Shown: piece after piece, positions 50,290-60,993 of the stretch | Layout: each line of letters starts with the position of its first letter | Position numbering within the stretch: the first letter of the stretch is position 1 | Assembly: GCA_934168365.1 (NCBI GenBank) | Contig: CAKPNJ010000006.1 | Coordinates: 937 to 64,936 of the forward strand | Direction of reading: 5' to 3' | Length of the DNA: 64,000 nt | From: an uncultured Clostridia bacterium | Lineage (GTDB): Bacteria > Bacillota > Clostridia > TANB77 > CAG-508 | Translations under genes and position numbers: made by a program | The notes under the pieces: generated by a model | Told to the model about the DNA's origin: nothing | Database searches by the model: none | The model's input: only the letters and a program-made list of their open reading frames with translations

Positions 50290-50901
50290 CTAAAGACCTA
50301 ATTTAAGAGCCGAAATTTCATATGTTACTTTGTCAACTATCACATCTCCAGAATATCTTTTAATATAGTTTCTGGATTGGTACCGTCCTACCAGAGATAT
50401 CATATCTCCAGTATTATATTGTTCTTCAACCTCTTTTGCTGTCTCATTCCAAAAGATAATAGGGATATATGACCATTGATTTCCCTTATTACTTTGAGTA
50501 GCAATCCTTATATCAATGATCTCTTTCCCTGATGGAGTTTTTCTTATTGTTCTTTTTTCTACTATTTTGCCTGTAACTTTCACCTCGTTGTTTGGATCTG
50601 GAATATTTAAAGTGGCCCAGATTTTTTCGATATATACATAATTTTTGTTATGTATTTTTCCATTTCTTCCGGTATATGTGTATGTTCTTATTTCACCACA
50701 TATTCCCACTTCTTCACCGACTTCTAATTCTTCAATTTCTTTCAATTTCCATTCAGAAATTTGAATCATCAGAATATCACTTGTTCCGCTTCTCCTTTTC
50801 ACACTCAACTTTGCGCTGAAGATTTTCTTGTCTCTTACATAATGGTGAAAAGATAATTTTTCGACCAATGTTCCATAGACAATAACTTCATTCCGGTACA
50901 T
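50290..50901 (-). CDS. SSB-like protein with two OB-fold repeats
   Basis: NEVIVYGTLVEK...DILMIQISEW and NNEVKVTGKIVEK... resemble two SSB OB-folds. The start is set at MYRNEV because of a GAGGAGG RBS; the track ORF extends to 50991. Confidence 0.5.
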   Translation of the reverse strand: MYRNEVIVYGTLVEKLSFHHYVRDKKIFSAKLSVKRRSGTSDILMIQISEWKLKEIEELEVGEEVGICGEIRTYTYTGRNGKIHNKNYVYIEKIWATLNIPDPNNEVKVTGKIVEKRTIRKTPSGKEIIDIRIATQSNKGNQWSYIPIIFWNETAKEVEEQYNTGDMISLVGRYQSRNYIKRYSGDVIVDKVTYEISALKLGL

Positions 50902-51004
50902 AATAATTTGCCTCCTCATAGATCTCTTTTGTTGATATGAAAATTTTTTCATACCATTAGTAATGATACTAACATTTACATTATACCACAATTATGTAAA
51001 GCCG

Positions 51005-51661
51005 TCAATTTTTGCCACTTATATTTATTTTATTTGTTTTTACATTTAGCTCTCTGGTTATAATATTTTGAATTTGTGCAATATCTTTTTCGTCTAGTTT
51101 GTCTTTTTGCACTACACCTGTTACATTTCCATTATTTACAAATATCACAATATCTTGAAAACCTTTTGTTTTTATTAAATTCTCAGCTATCATAATAGCA
51201 TTTTTTTCATTGTTTATTCTTTTTATTTCTTCTTGTGCTGTTTTCTTTTCTTCTGAACTTAAATTATTAGTTTCTAATATTTTTTGGTAATTGTCTAACA
51301 TTTGAGAATACATTTTGTCTCTGTCTAATCTCGACTGTGCAAAATAACTATCTTCTTGTGCTGATGTATTTTGAGTTATGTTGCTAGCTGTATCTTCTTT
51401 AGTTTTATTCGTAGTAGCAACATTTTCTGTATTTTCTACAGTTTCATTTTGTGTTTGGTTATTTTCTTTAGTCTCATTTGCACTCACTAATTGAGCATCA
51501 CCTATTCCCGCCATTAGTTCTGAATCAGCTGCACTACTTGTAGGTATTAAATTCCTTTCTTTATTTTGGTTTGCAAAATTTAAATATCCTGCTGTAACTA
51601 GCATAAGTGCTATTACTGCAACAACAATTTGATTTCTTTTTAAAATTTTCATATATACCAT
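51005..51661 (-). CDS. spoIIIAH: stage III sporulation protein AH
   Basis: Last gene of the eight-gene operon. An N-terminal TM helix and a YscJ/FliF-like C-terminal region; size 218 aa. Confidence 0.6.
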   Translation of the reverse strand: MVYMKILKRNQIVVAVIALMLVTAGYLNFANQNKERNLIPTSSAADSELMAGIGDAQLVSANETKENNQTQNETVENTENVATTNKTKEDTASNITQNTSAQEDSYFAQSRLDRDKMYSQMLDNYQKILETNNLSSEEKKTAQEEIKRINNEKNAIMIAENLIKTKGFQDIVIFVNNGNVTGVVQKDKLDEKDIAQIQNIITRELNVKTNKINISGKN

Positions 51662-51674
51662 TTCAAATCCTTTC

Positions 51675-52283
51675 TTAATTTTCGCTCATTGCAAAAACTT
51701 GTATTTTATGTGATGCCAAACCTGTAACCGCTTCGACTGCTTGAATAATATCGGCTTTTATATTTGTATTTGTAGCTCCTTGTGCTGTAACAATTGCGCC
51801 TTCAACTTTTGGACTCACAGTGCTTTGTGTTATAGGTGTTTTGCTTCCATTAGTTTCTTGATATATAACTTCTCTTTTTACGTCTGTTTCGACTACCTTT
51901 CTTGTTCCACCAGTTTTATCTTGTTCTTGAGTGTCTTTTTGAGATGAGTCTTCGTTATATAACGGAACTGTTTGGCTAGTTTGTGAATATGTAATTAAAA
52001 CCTTTACTTTTCCTACTCCATTTATTTTTTGAAGTATGTCTTCTAACTGATTGCACAAGTTATTATCTTTTTGTTCTGTAATACTTTGTTCTTGTGTAGC
52101 TAGTTTTTTATTGCTATCTGTACTTTTGGTATCTTCCTTTTTATCCTTCCAAATTAAGTTTATAGCTACTAATACTACAATAAGTATAATTAAAAAAAAT
52201 ACTAGGTTTTCAATTTTCTTTTTGTTATTTCCATCATCTGATTTTGAAACTAGTTCCTTTATTTTCTCCTTAAACATATTCAC
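51675..52283 (-). CDS. spoIIIAG: stage III sporulation protein AG
   Basis: Position in the operon, an N-terminal TM helix, 202 aa. Confidence 0.55.
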   Translation of the reverse strand: MNMFKEKIKELVSKSDDGNNKKKIENLVFFLIILIVVLVAINLIWKDKKEDTKSTDSNKKLATQEQSITEQKDNNLCNQLEDILQKINGVGKVKVLITYSQTSQTVPLYNEDSSQKDTQEQDKTGGTRKVVETDVKREVIYQETNGSKTPITQSTVSPKVEGAIVTAQGATNTNIKADIIQAVEAVTGLASHKIQVFAMSEN

Positions 52284-52288
52284 TCCTC

Positions 52289-52876
52289 CTAATTTATATT
52301 TATATTTTTCTCTTCTAAGTTATATATGCCACTTAAATATGCTTTCAAATCATTTTGTTCCTTAGTTGAAATGCTTATATCCTCTTCTATGTTTTCAGTA
52401 GTATTGCTAATTGTAATATTTATTTCATTTACACCCTTAACATCGTTGTTTTCTTCATTTTTCCTTTTGCTAACTTGTGCAAATATCTTTTTTAAAGTAT
52501 ATTGCTCATCATTAGATATTTCTAAAGTCAAACTTTTAACACTATACCCTTTTTCTTGTATCTTTTGCTTCATATCATTTTTCAAGTTTGTTATATATAC
52601 TTGTTTAATTTGATTTTGTTGGCTATTCTCTATATTTTCCTGACTGCTTTTTGCAGATACTTCTATATATGTATTTATGTCATATATGTCTGATACTCTA
52701 AATTCATTGCCTGTAACTTTGGTTATTACAGGAGAAACTATTGAAAACAAGATGTATACTCCAATTACAACCTTAACATATTTTTTGCAATTGCCATCTG
52801 GCAGAAGCATTTCAATAATTGTACCAATTATAACCGCTATTATTATTCCTTGTATCCAACCACTTATCCAATTCAT
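52289..52876 (-). CDS. spoIIIAF: stage III sporulation protein AF
   Basis: Position in the operon, two N-terminal TM helices, 195 aa. Confidence 0.55.
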   Translation of the reverse strand: MNWISGWIQGIIIAVIIGTIIEMLLPDGNCKKYVKVVIGVYILFSIVSPVITKVTGNEFRVSDIYDINTYIEVSAKSSQENIENSQQNQIKQVYITNLKNDMKQKIQEKGYSVKSLTLEISNDEQYTLKKIFAQVSKRKNEENNDVKGVNEINITISNTTENIEEDISISTKEQNDLKAYLSGIYNLEEKNININ

Positions 52877-52951
52877 GATTTTTCTCTCCTATAATTCATT
52901 TGTACCTTAGTTGGAAAAGAATTAAATTTTGACATTGTAATTATTTCTCAA

Positions 52952-54103
52952 CTATCTATACATCAGTCCACTATTCGTTATCTTTAGTACCAAAGTAGTT
53001 CCCACAATTAACATTACAGACACACTACACATAATAGCAAGTAACATTTTAAAAGTGTTTCCCATTTCTTCTAAAAGCTTTACTATTTTCTCATCTGCTA
53101 TTGGTTGACATACAGCTCCTGCTAGGTAATATAGTCCCATCAGTATTGCGAGTTTAATTATTGGGCCAACACATATTGCAATTACTACCACCACTCCAAC
53201 TATTCCAACTGCATTTTTTAATATGTTGCTACACCCCATTACAGTATCTACTGCATCACCTAATATTTTACCTACTACTGGTATAAAGTTTGAAACGGCA
53301 GCTTTAGTAGTCTTTGCAGTTATTCCATCTACTGTACTGCTTAGGCTTCCTTCTACTGAAATTATTCCTACAAATAAAGTAAGTACAACTCCTAATGTCC
53401 ATACAACTGTAGAATTAAAGAACTTTGATAGCTTGTCTACTTGAATTCTGCTAGATACTTTTGAGATAATTGCTAATGCTGTTGATATTAGTACAAATGG
53501 TAGTAAAATAGTAGTTATAAAGTTGCCTATGAAAGTTATTATAAATAATATAATTGGTTCTAATATTCCAGCAGATGCAAAGTTACCAGTAGTTAGCATT
53601 AAAGTAATAAGCAGTGGCACTAGGCTATTCATAAATCCAACTAGGTTTTGAATACTTGTTTTTACCATTTGAAGAATATCTGAGAAATTTGCCATTATCA
53701 AAGTAACTATCAAAATATATTGAACATAATATGTAATTTGGGCAACATTTTTGTTTTCTAATCCTTCACTAATACTTTTTAATATGCTATGAATTATAAT
53801 TATTACAAGTATGCTTCCTAATACAGTAGCACAGTTTAATACTTCTTTTCCTACTAAACTTACTATGCTTTTTATAATTGTGTCATTGTCAATTTTGCCA
53901 GTAATTGCTGAAGTAAATAATTCATTTACATCTATATCTTTAAAAGTATTTTGTGTATACTTTTGTGCTTCTTTTATAAAGCTTGATATGTTCAATTCTT
54001 CTTGTTGTGATTGTAAAACATCTTGACTAGTTGTTTCTGTAGCTGTGCAAATGCTTGGAATAAAAATTAAAAACAAAATGGTCATGATAAATATTTTTTT
54101 CAT
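52952..54103 (-). CDS. spoIIIAE: stage III sporulation protein AE
   Basis: 383 aa, polytopic membrane protein with a signal peptide. Confidence 0.7.
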   Translation of the reverse strand: MKKIFIMTILFLIFIPSICTATETTSQDVLQSQQEELNISSFIKEAQKYTQNTFKDIDVNELFTSAITGKIDNDTIIKSIVSLVGKEVLNCATVLGSILVIIIIHSILKSISEGLENKNVAQITYYVQYILIVTLIMANFSDILQMVKTSIQNLVGFMNSLVPLLITLMLTTGNFASAGILEPIILFIITFIGNFITTILLPFVLISTALAIISKVSSRIQVDKLSKFFNSTVVWTLGVVLTLFVGIISVEGSLSSTVDGITAKTTKAAVSNFIPVVGKILGDAVDTVMGCSNILKNAVGIVGVVVVIAICVGPIIKLAILMGLYYLAGAVCQPIADEKIVKLLEEMGNTFKMLLAIMCSVSVMLIVGTTLVLKITNSGLMYR

Positions 54104-54118
54104 TTGTTTAATTCCTTT

Positions 54119-54487
54119 TCATGGCAATAGTTTTAATATTGTTTCTAGAAGGCTTGCTATTATTGGTATTGACATAGAAATAATTAAAACTTTTCCACCT
54201 AAGTCTACTTTATTGGCTATTGCTGTTTCTCCTGTGTCTTTGCAAATGCTAACTGTAAATTCCGTCAAAAATGCTATTCCAGTTATTTTTATTAGGAGTA
54301 TTAGAAATTCATTGTTTATTGCAGTTTTATTTGATAATGTTGTTAGTAAATCTATTATTGCTCCTATCTTGTCCATTATCATTACTAAAATTAACACTCC
54401 TGCTGCTAAAGAAACATACAGCACAAATTCTGGTCTATATTGTTTTACAATTACAATTATAATTAGTGAAATTAGCCCGAACTCCAA
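54119..54487 (-). CDS. spoIIIAD: stage III sporulation protein AD
   Basis: 122 aa, four TM helices. Confidence 0.7.
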   Translation of the reverse strand: MEFGLISLIIIVIVKQYRPEFVLYVSLAAGVLILVMIMDKIGAIIDLLTTLSNKTAINNEFLILLIKITGIAFLTEFTVSICKDTGETAIANKVDLGGKVLIISMSIPIIASLLETILKLLP

Positions 54488-54522
54488 TAATTTTAATTAT
54501 ATCCATTGCCTTTTATCCTTTC

Positions 54523-54717
54523 TTATAGTCCAAACATCGTTCTTACACTGGTAAATAGTGTGCTAATTTCTTTTATTACAAGAGTAAGAACAATTACAAG
54601 GCCTGCTAATGTCGTCATCATTGCTTGATCTTCTCTTCCTGCTCTTACTAGAACTTGATATAGCACAGCTACTAAAATTCCAATTGCTGCTATTTTAAAT
54701 AATAAACTAATATCCAT
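54523..54717 (-). CDS. spoIIIAC: stage III sporulation protein AC
   Basis: 64 aa, two TM helices. Confidence 0.7.
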   Translation of the reverse strand: MDISLLFKIAAIGILVAVLYQVLVRAGREDQAMMTTLAGLVIVLTLVIKEISTLFTSVRTMFGL

Positions 54718-54732
54718 ACTTTACATCTCCTT

Positions 54733-55242
54733 TTAAATTAGTATAATTGCAATTGTTAGCCCTGTGACTAAACCTAAAGTTCTATACATTTTTTCGTTTT
54801 TTCTACGTTCTTCTGAAGCATTTTCTAGTTGTGCAGTCAAGAAGTCATTTACTACTTCAATTTCACTAAGTTGTCCATCTAAATCAGTTTGTCCTAGTAA
54901 TCTTCCTAAATTTTGTATTACTGAAATGTCTTCTTGATTTAAATTACACTTGGTTTCTTGTAAAGCTTGTACCCATGCCTCTCCTGCTGGAATTTCTTTC
55001 ATTCCATTTGCCGCCCTGTCAAAAATACTCCCAACATTTCCTCCTATTTTGTTTGCTATTTCCATAAAAACATTTGGAATAGGCTCATATGTAAATTTAA
55101 TTTTAGTTGCAAACATATTAAGGGCATTTTTCATTTCTTTTATTTCCCTTTCCCTGTTTGCATACTTTTTAGAAAATAGTATTCCTATTATACTACTTGT
55201 AACTATAATCATAGCTAATATAAATAATCTAAAAGCTAACAT
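54733..55242 (-). CDS. spoIIIAB: stage III sporulation protein AB
   Basis: 169 aa, with TM helices at both ends. Confidence 0.6.
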   Translation of the reverse strand: MLAFRLFILAMIIVTSSIIGILFSKKYANREREIKEMKNALNMFATKIKFTYEPIPNVFMEIANKIGGNVGSIFDRAANGMKEIPAGEAWVQALQETKCNLNQEDISVIQNLGRLLGQTDLDGQLSEIEVVNDFLTAQLENASEERRKNEKMYRTLGLVTGLTIAIILI

Positions 55243-55253
55243 TTTATTTCCTC

Positions 55254-56147
55254 CTAAACTGCTTTTCTTTGGTTTTGTTTTTCATATACCAAGTGTACGT
55301 CTCTTCTGTTGTCCAAAATCAGTATTTTGTCTATGTATCCATTTAGCACTAGTTGACTTAGTATTGGATTTTCTTTAATTTGTTCTAAGCTATCTCCATG
55401 TGCTGTAAATATTCCATTTACTCCTGAACTAATTGCATATTCAATTGCTTCTATATCTTCTTTGCTCCCTATTTCATCTGCAATTATTACCTTTGGGCTC
55501 ATAGACCTGACTAACATTTTCATTCCAAGTGCTTTTGGTATATTATCTATCACATCTGTTCTTATTCCTAAATCATTTTGTGATACTCCTTTATATGTAG
55601 CAGATATTTCACCTCTTTCATCTACTACACCACAGTTAACACCTTTGAAATTCATTTCTGGAATTCCATTACTAATTCTTCTAATTATGTCTTTTAATAA
55701 TGTGGTTTTGCCTAAACCTGGTGGTGAAACAATCAGGGTGTTCCATACAGTATTTCTGTTTAATATATGTATAATAGCTTTATTACTACAGTTTAGTACT
55801 TGCCTTGCAATTCTAAAGTTTAAACTACTAATGTAACTCAAGGTTGCCACTTTTCCGTCTTTTATTACTGCATTTCCTGTTACTCCTATACGATGTCCTC
55901 CTTTTAAGGTTATAAATCCTTCACATATTTGGCTTTGATAAGAATATAAAGAGTTGTCACATACTCTTTGTAAAATTTGAAGTACTATTTCAGGAGTAGT
56001 AATATAATCTAATACTTTTTCATCTATATTGCTTTTTAATATAACTGGTTTAGCTGTTCTAATTCTAATTTCTTCTGTATTGTTCATATTACTGGATATA
56101 ATTTTTTGTTTTAACACTTCTGGTAAAAAATTTAATATTTCTTCCAT
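55254..56147 (-). CDS. spoIIIAA: stage III sporulation protein AA (secretion-type ATPase)
   Basis: 297 aa; Walker A PPGLGKTTLLKD. Confidence 0.8.
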   Translation of the reverse strand: MEEILNFLPEVLKQKIISSNMNNTEEIRIRTAKPVILKSNIDEKVLDYITTPEIVLQILQRVCDNSLYSYQSQICEGFITLKGGHRIGVTGNAVIKDGKVATLSYISSLNFRIARQVLNCSNKAIIHILNRNTVWNTLIVSPPGLGKTTLLKDIIRRISNGIPEMNFKGVNCGVVDERGEISATYKGVSQNDLGIRTDVIDNIPKALGMKMLVRSMSPKVIIADEIGSKEDIEAIEYAISSGVNGIFTAHGDSLEQIKENPILSQLVLNGYIDKILILDNRRDVHLVYEKQNQRKAV

Positions 56148-56280
56148 AGCTTGTACCTCTTTATCAAATTTGAAAATGTGCCAAAATTCTCCGTCCCCAA
56201 TGGCACATAAAAAAACATAACATATATATAAATATATATATGCTATGTTTTTTATTTTAGAACTATTTTATTAAATTTTA

Positions 56281-57006
56281 TTATTCTTCCCAGTTGTGGT
56301 ATACATTCATAACATCATCTAGGTCTTCTAACATGTCTATTAGTCTTTGCATTTTGGGTGCATCATTTTCACTTAATTGAATGTATGTAGATGGTACCAT
56401 TTGTACTTCTGCTTCTAAGAATTCTAATCCTTGTTCTTCTAAAGCTTCTCTAACTTTTGAAAAATCTTCTGGTGAAGTTGTTATTTCATAACATTCATCA
56501 GTTGCTTCAAAATCTTCTGCTCCACTATCTAATGCTAACATCATCATATCATCTTCTGATAGATTTGTTGTAGTTTTATCAATTACTATCACACCTTTTT
56601 TACTAAATAAATATGATACACATCCTGTTGTTCCTAAGTTTCCACCAGCTTTATCAAATGCATGACGTACATCTGCTGCTGTTCTATTTTTGTTATCTGT
56701 ACTTGCTTCAACTATAACTGCAACACCATTTGCTCCATATCCTTCATAAATGATTTCTTCATAATTTTCATTACTTCCAGCTCCTGAAGCTTTTTTGATT
56801 GCATTATTGATTGTATCATTTGGCATGTTATTTGCTTTACATTTAGCAATAACATCTTTTAATTTTGAATTACCAGCAGGATCAGGCCCTCCCTCTTTTA
56901 CTGCAATTAATAATTCTCTACCTAATTTTGTAAATATTTTTCCTCTTGCTGCATCTGCTTTACCTTTTTTAGCCGCAATATTATGCCATTTGCTATGTCC
57001 TGACAT
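56281..57006 (-). CDS. yebC: YebC/PmpR-family transcriptional regulator
   Basis: The [28 protein letters not shown]-terminus. The start is set at MSGHSKW because of an AGGAGGAG RBS. Confidence 0.85.
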   Translation of the reverse strand: MSGHSKWHNIAAKKGKADAARGKIFTKLGRELLIAVKEGGPDPAGNSKLKDVIAKCKANNMPNDTINNAIKKASGAGSNENYEEIIYEGYGANGVAVIVEASTDNKNRTAADVRHAFDKAGGNLGTTGCVSYLFSKKGVIVIDKTTTNLSEDDMMMLALDSGAEDFEATDECYEITTSPEDFSKVREALEEQGLEFLEAEVQMVPSTYIQLSENDAPKMQRLIDMLEDLDDVMNVYHNWEE

Positions 57007-57145
57007 GGTTAACTCCTCCTTTTTTCTTATTTCGTGAACTATTATACCACACAATATTAAGTTTTGGTAGTATTTTTACAAATTTTATTATTTAGAATTT
57101 TAGGCAACAAAAAACTCCATACACAAGTATAGAGTTTTTTATGTT

Positions 57146-57421
57146 TTATTCAGCTTTACTTCCTTCTTCAACAGGATATACGCTAACTTTCTTTTTATCT
57201 CTGCCAAGTCTTTCAAATTTTACTTTTCCAGTTACTTTAGCATATAGTGTATCATCACTACCAATACCAACATTAGTACCTGGATAAATTTTTGTTCCTC
57301 TTTGTCTTACTAGTATATTACCAGCTGGAACTACTTGACCATCTGCTCTTTTTAGTCCTAAACGCTTAGACTCACTGTCTCTACCGTTCTTAACACTACC
57401 TTGACCTTTCTTATGAGCCAT
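57146..57421 (-). CDS. rpmA: 50S ribosomal protein L27
   Basis: [22 protein letters not shown], with no N-terminal propeptide. Confidence 0.9.
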   Translation of the reverse strand: MAHKKGQGSVKNGRDSESKRLGLKRADGQVVPAGNILVRQRGTKIYPGTNVGIGSDDTLYAKVTGKVKFERLGRDKKKVSVYPVEEGSKAE

Positions 57422-57503
57422 CCTATTTCACTCCCTTCAATTTTTGTTTTAGGGTATTTCTATCTTTCTAATAGTTTTTACCATAATATATTCAAATTTT
57501 AAC

Positions 57504-57911
57504 CTAAGCTTCTTTTTTAGTTGTAGCTTTTTTTGTAGTAGCTTTAGCTGCTGTTTCTTTTACTTCAGCGTTTTCTACTTTTGCTTCTGATTTTTCAGTA
57601 GGCATTTTTATTTTTGTGATCTCTACTTTAGTGTATGGTTGTCTATGTCCTTGAGTTCTTCTGTAGTTCTTTTTAGCTTTGTATTTATAAACTAAAATCT
57701 TTTTGCCTTTACCGTGAGAAACTACTTTTCCTTCAACCTTAACACCTTTTACATAAGGAGCTCCAACTTCTACTTTTTTGTCGTCAGATACTAAAACAAC
57801 ATTATCAAATGTTACTTTTTTACCTTCTTCTGCTTCTAATTTTTCGAAGAATACTACATCTCCTTCTGTTACTTTGTATTGTCTTCCACAGCTTTCAATA
57901 ATTGCGTACAT
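57504..57911 (-). CDS. rplU: 50S ribosomal protein L21 with a K/A/T-rich C-terminal extension
   Basis: [14 protein letters not shown]. The start is set at MYAII because of a GGAGGTG RBS. Confidence 0.9.
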   Translation of the reverse strand: MYAIIESCGRQYKVTEGDVVFFEKLEAEEGKKVTFDNVVLVSDDKKVEVGAPYVKGVKVEGKVVSHGKGKKILVYKYKAKKNYRRTQGHRQPYTKVEITKIKMPTEKSEAKVENAEVKETAAKATTKKATTKKEA

Positions 57912-57959
57912 TCTTTGTACACCTCCTATATTCGTATACTCGCTAAGCATAAATAACAA

Positions 57960-58100
57960 GGCAATTGCTTAAAGCAATATTTAGTTGCCCGACTCAGGCG
58001 GCTTACAGTTAAATATTGTACCATATTATGGTATTAGTGTCAATGGTTTGGTGAAATTTTTTAAGGTCAGGCACTTTAATTTTTCTTTGGCATATAATTC
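57960..58100 (-). promoter_or_regulatory. putative ribosomal-protein L21 leader (structured 5' UTR of rplU)
   Basis: A locally GC-rich segment (gcccgactcaggcggc) and palindromic motifs (caattgcttaaagcaat) upstream of rplU. Firmicutes carry a conserved L21-leader element in this position. Confidence 0.3.
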
Positions 58101-58125
58101 TATATATTAAATTGGAGGTATATAT

Positions 58126-58824
58126 ATGTTTGCCTTTTCTATTGGTGGTATTTTAGCATTTTTAAATTCAGCTATATTTTTAGTTGGATATATTTCAAAT
58201 AATACACTTTTTCCAGAGCCTTTAAGTAGTGAAGAAGAACGAAAATATTTAGAACTTATGAAAAACGGAGATGAAGAAGCACGAAATATTTTGATAGAGC
58301 GAAATTTAAGATTAGTTGCTCATGTATGTAAAAAATATACTGCTACACGAGTTGAACAAGATGATTTGATTTCTATTGGTAGTATTGGTTTAATTAAGGG
58401 AATAAATAGCTTTGATAGTTCAAAAGGAGTACGTTTGGCTACTTATGTTTCTCGTTGTATTGATAATGAAGTACTTATGTATTTAAGAAGCACTAAAAAG
58501 TTAGGTGCAGAAGTTTACTTAGATGATCCTATTGGAAAAGACAAGGACGATAATGTTGTCACTTTGCAAGAAGTCTTAGAGAATAATGATAAAAATATTG
58601 AAGATGAAGTTGATTTAAAATTTAAAGTAAAGAAGTTATATGAGAAAATGAAGGAAGTTTTAAAAGAAAGAGAAAAAACTATATTGGAATTACGTTTTGG
58701 TTTGAATGGCGAAAAACCTAAAACTCAAAATCAAATTGCAGATTCTATGGCAATTTCCCGTTCTTATGTTTCAAGAATTGAAACTAAGGCTATTAGCAAG
58801 TTAGCTAAGGAATTTAAAGAATAA
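58126..58824 (+). CDS. sigK: sporulation sigma factor SigK (pro-sigma-K, uninterrupted)
   Basis: The pro-sequence ends ...FLVGYISNNTLFPEPLSSEEERKYLELMKNGDEEARN, which matches the B. subtilis pro-sigma-K processing region YVKNNAFPQPLS closely. Sigma-70 regions 2 to 4 follow. Confidence 0.7.
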   Translation: MFAFSIGGILAFLNSAIFLVGYISNNTLFPEPLSSEEERKYLELMKNGDEEARNILIERNLRLVAHVCKKYTATRVEQDDLISIGSIGLIKGINSFDSSKGVRLATYVSRCIDNEVLMYLRSTKKLGAEVYLDDPIGKDKDDNVVTLQEVLENNDKNIEDEVDLKFKVKKLYEKMKEVLKEREKTILELRFGLNGEKPKTQNQIADSMAISRSYVSRIETKAISKLAKEFKE

Positions 58825-58830
58825 ATATAT

Positions 58831-58868
58831 AAAAGGAGTTTTTAATACTTACATTAAAAACTCCTTTT
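58831..58868. terminator. bidirectional intrinsic terminator
   Basis: aaaaggagtttttaa-tacttaca-ttaaaaactcctttt. Confidence 0.6.
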
Positions 58869-58870
58869 AA

Positions 58871-59566
58871 TTAAAATTCAAAAACATTGTTATCTTTATC
58901 TACAAATCCAACTTCACAAGTTGCCCCCATCTCTGTTAAAATTTTTACAAATTCTTTTTGTAGTTCTAAGATTTTTTCTTTGTTTTCAATAAATCCGTCT
59001 AATGGTATAAACGCATTTTTTATATTCTCGTCTATTTTGCTTTTTTCACCTTGTCTCCAAGCCCATTTTCTTGTTTTTACTTCATTTCCACTTACATATA
59101 CTAATTCACCTGCTGGTGGATTATCATATTCTTGAGAACCAAATGGAATGAATGTGTCATTTTCATTTGCAAATCTTAATTCTATATCTCCTGCAAATTT
59201 ATCTATGTCATGTACTCCTAGTGGTACATTGTACTTTAGTGATAAAGCATTGCCTAAATCAACTAATGTATTTATGTTAGGAACAAATTGTGATTTAACT
59301 GTCCTACTAACAAGTGCTTCTATTGAGCACATAAATTTGTTTGGGTTAATATCATCTTTCTTAAATGCTTCTCTGTATAGTACAATTTCTGGTAATTCTT
59401 TTACTTTTACATCTTTGTACTTTTCTGCCACCTCATTTACTTCGTTTTTTAGCATTTCTTGTATTGCACTATTTGGTTTTGTATTATCAATATTTCTAGC
59501 TATAATAACACCAAAACATGCATTATCAACCTTTTCAAAAAAACTTTTGTCAACTATAAATTTCAT
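58871..59566 (-). CDS. B3/4 domain protein (PheT B3/B4-like tRNA-binding domain family)
   Basis: Start set at MKFIVDKSFF because of an AAGGAA RBS. Family-level resemblance only. Confidence 0.45.
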   Translation of the reverse strand: MKFIVDKSFFEKVDNACFGVIIARNIDNTKPNSAIQEMLKNEVNEVAEKYKDVKVKELPEIVLYREAFKKDDINPNKFMCSIEALVSRTVKSQFVPNINTLVDLGNALSLKYNVPLGVHDIDKFAGDIELRFANENDTFIPFGSQEYDNPPAGELVYVSGNEVKTRKWAWRQGEKSKIDENIKNAFIPLDGFIENKEKILELQKEFVKILTEMGATCEVGFVDKDNNVFEF

Positions 59567-59671
59567 ATATGTTCCTTCTTTTCTTGTTTTGATGTTACAC
59601 ATTTTACACCTTTTTTTCATCAATTGCAATACCTAAACAGCCTTGTAATAAAAACAAGGCTGTGTGTCATT

Positions 59672-60367
59672 TTATTTAATCAATGATACTAGTAAATCCA
59701 CTAACTCTTTTTGTGTTATTCCTGCGGTTTCTATATCAAAATATACATCATTTAATTTAAACTCTGCTAAATATAGTTTTTCATATTGTGTTATTATAAC
59801 ATCTGTATTTTCTATTTTTGATATTTTTTCTTCACTACTCAAATAATAGTCTCTTAATGGTTTTCCAATTTTGGAAAATGCTATTCTTATTGTTCTGTTT
59901 TCTGCCTCATTTGAATAGTCCCAAATATAGTCATGAGCTATAGAATAATCTTTATCCGAAAAATCTTTTCTAGTCATTACAACTTTATTTACACCGTAGT
60001 CTCTCAAATCTTTTGGCGCATTAATATCTTTTTTTACAAACGAAAAATCTTTCTCAAATTCACTATTCAGTTCAGTATTTGCTTCTTTTATATCTGCATC
60101 CAACGTCATCATACTTTGATATTCAGCCTTATTTATATTTAATTCCAATATTCCTTGTACTGTTGGTGGCATAACATTTTCATTATTACTTTTTGGAACA
60201 TTATATGCAACAATGCCAACTAATAATGCAATTGCTACAAGACTTGAAGCTAAAACATAACTCAATTTTACTTTCATATTATCTCTCCTCTCAATTTTTG
60301 ATAAAATGATATTATAATTTTTCTTTTTGTCAAAGTTCTTTTGTATTGTATCTTTCAAATTATTCAT
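59672..60367 (-). CDS. membrane-anchored protein, hypothetical (likely partner of the upstream ECF sigma)
   Basis: An N-terminal TM helix, and an 8-nt overlap with the sigma gene. Confidence 0.35.
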   Translation of the reverse strand: MNNLKDTIQKNFDKKKNYNIILSKIERRDNMKVKLSYVLASSLVAIALLVGIVAYNVPKSNNENVMPPTVQGILELNINKAEYQSMMTLDADIKEANTELNSEFEKDFSFVKKDINAPKDLRDYGVNKVVMTRKDFSDKDYSIAHDYIWDYSNEAENRTIRIAFSKIGKPLRDYYLSSEEKISKIENTDVIITQYEKLYLAEFKLNDVYFDIETAGITQKELVDLLVSLIK

Positions 60368-60900
60368 TTATATCACCTTCAATCTTTACATTTTCTTTAA
60401 TGTCTTTAATTGTTCTGTATAAAATATTTTTGACATTAGATTCAGACATGTTTAATTCTTTTGCAATTTGTGATATCTTAATTTCTGTACAATAATATAA
60501 ATAGAAAACTTTTACTGTTTTTATATTTTTGCTTTTAATATAATTCCATACCGCTTCTGCATTTAGCTTTTTAATTGTTTCCGTTTCCAAATCAAAATTA
60601 TCTGGCAAATCTATTTCTTCGTCCTCTGCTTGATAAACATTATAATTTTTTAATTTATATAAAAGACCATAATATTTTTGAATTTTCTTTTTAGCTATTC
60701 CTATTACAAAATTAGGACAGTTTTCTAAATATATTTCTTTCTTTTTTTCTAGTATGTTATATAATTCTACATATGTATCTTGCACTAAATCATTAACATC
60801 GTCAATATTAGAGCATTTACAAACTATATATCTCAATGTTCGTTCATATGTTGAATTATATATTTCTTCAAAATTTTCTAAAGATATTCCGAGTACTCAT
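60360..60900 (-). pseudogene. ECF-type sigma factor with an N-terminal +1 frameshift
   Basis: The ATG at 60900 sits behind a strong AAGGAG RBS and opens MSTRNI, then the frame closes. The sigma reading (SLENFEEIYNSTYERTLRYIV..., then region 4 ISQIAKELNMSESNVKNILYRTIKDI) is in the +1 frame and opens after a TGA. Confidence 0.5.
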
Positions 60901-60993
60901 TGTTATCTCCTTTCACATATATAGTGCTCAATTTTCATCAAAAAGTTTCAATAATTATAGCATATTTTTATTTTGTATATATATAATTTTTAT

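Noticed and set aside
56148-56280. (TA)n-rich tract upstream of spoIIIAA as a possible repeat element
   Set aside because: A short simple-sequence tract in a very AT-rich promoter region. No evidence of a structured repeat or mobile element.
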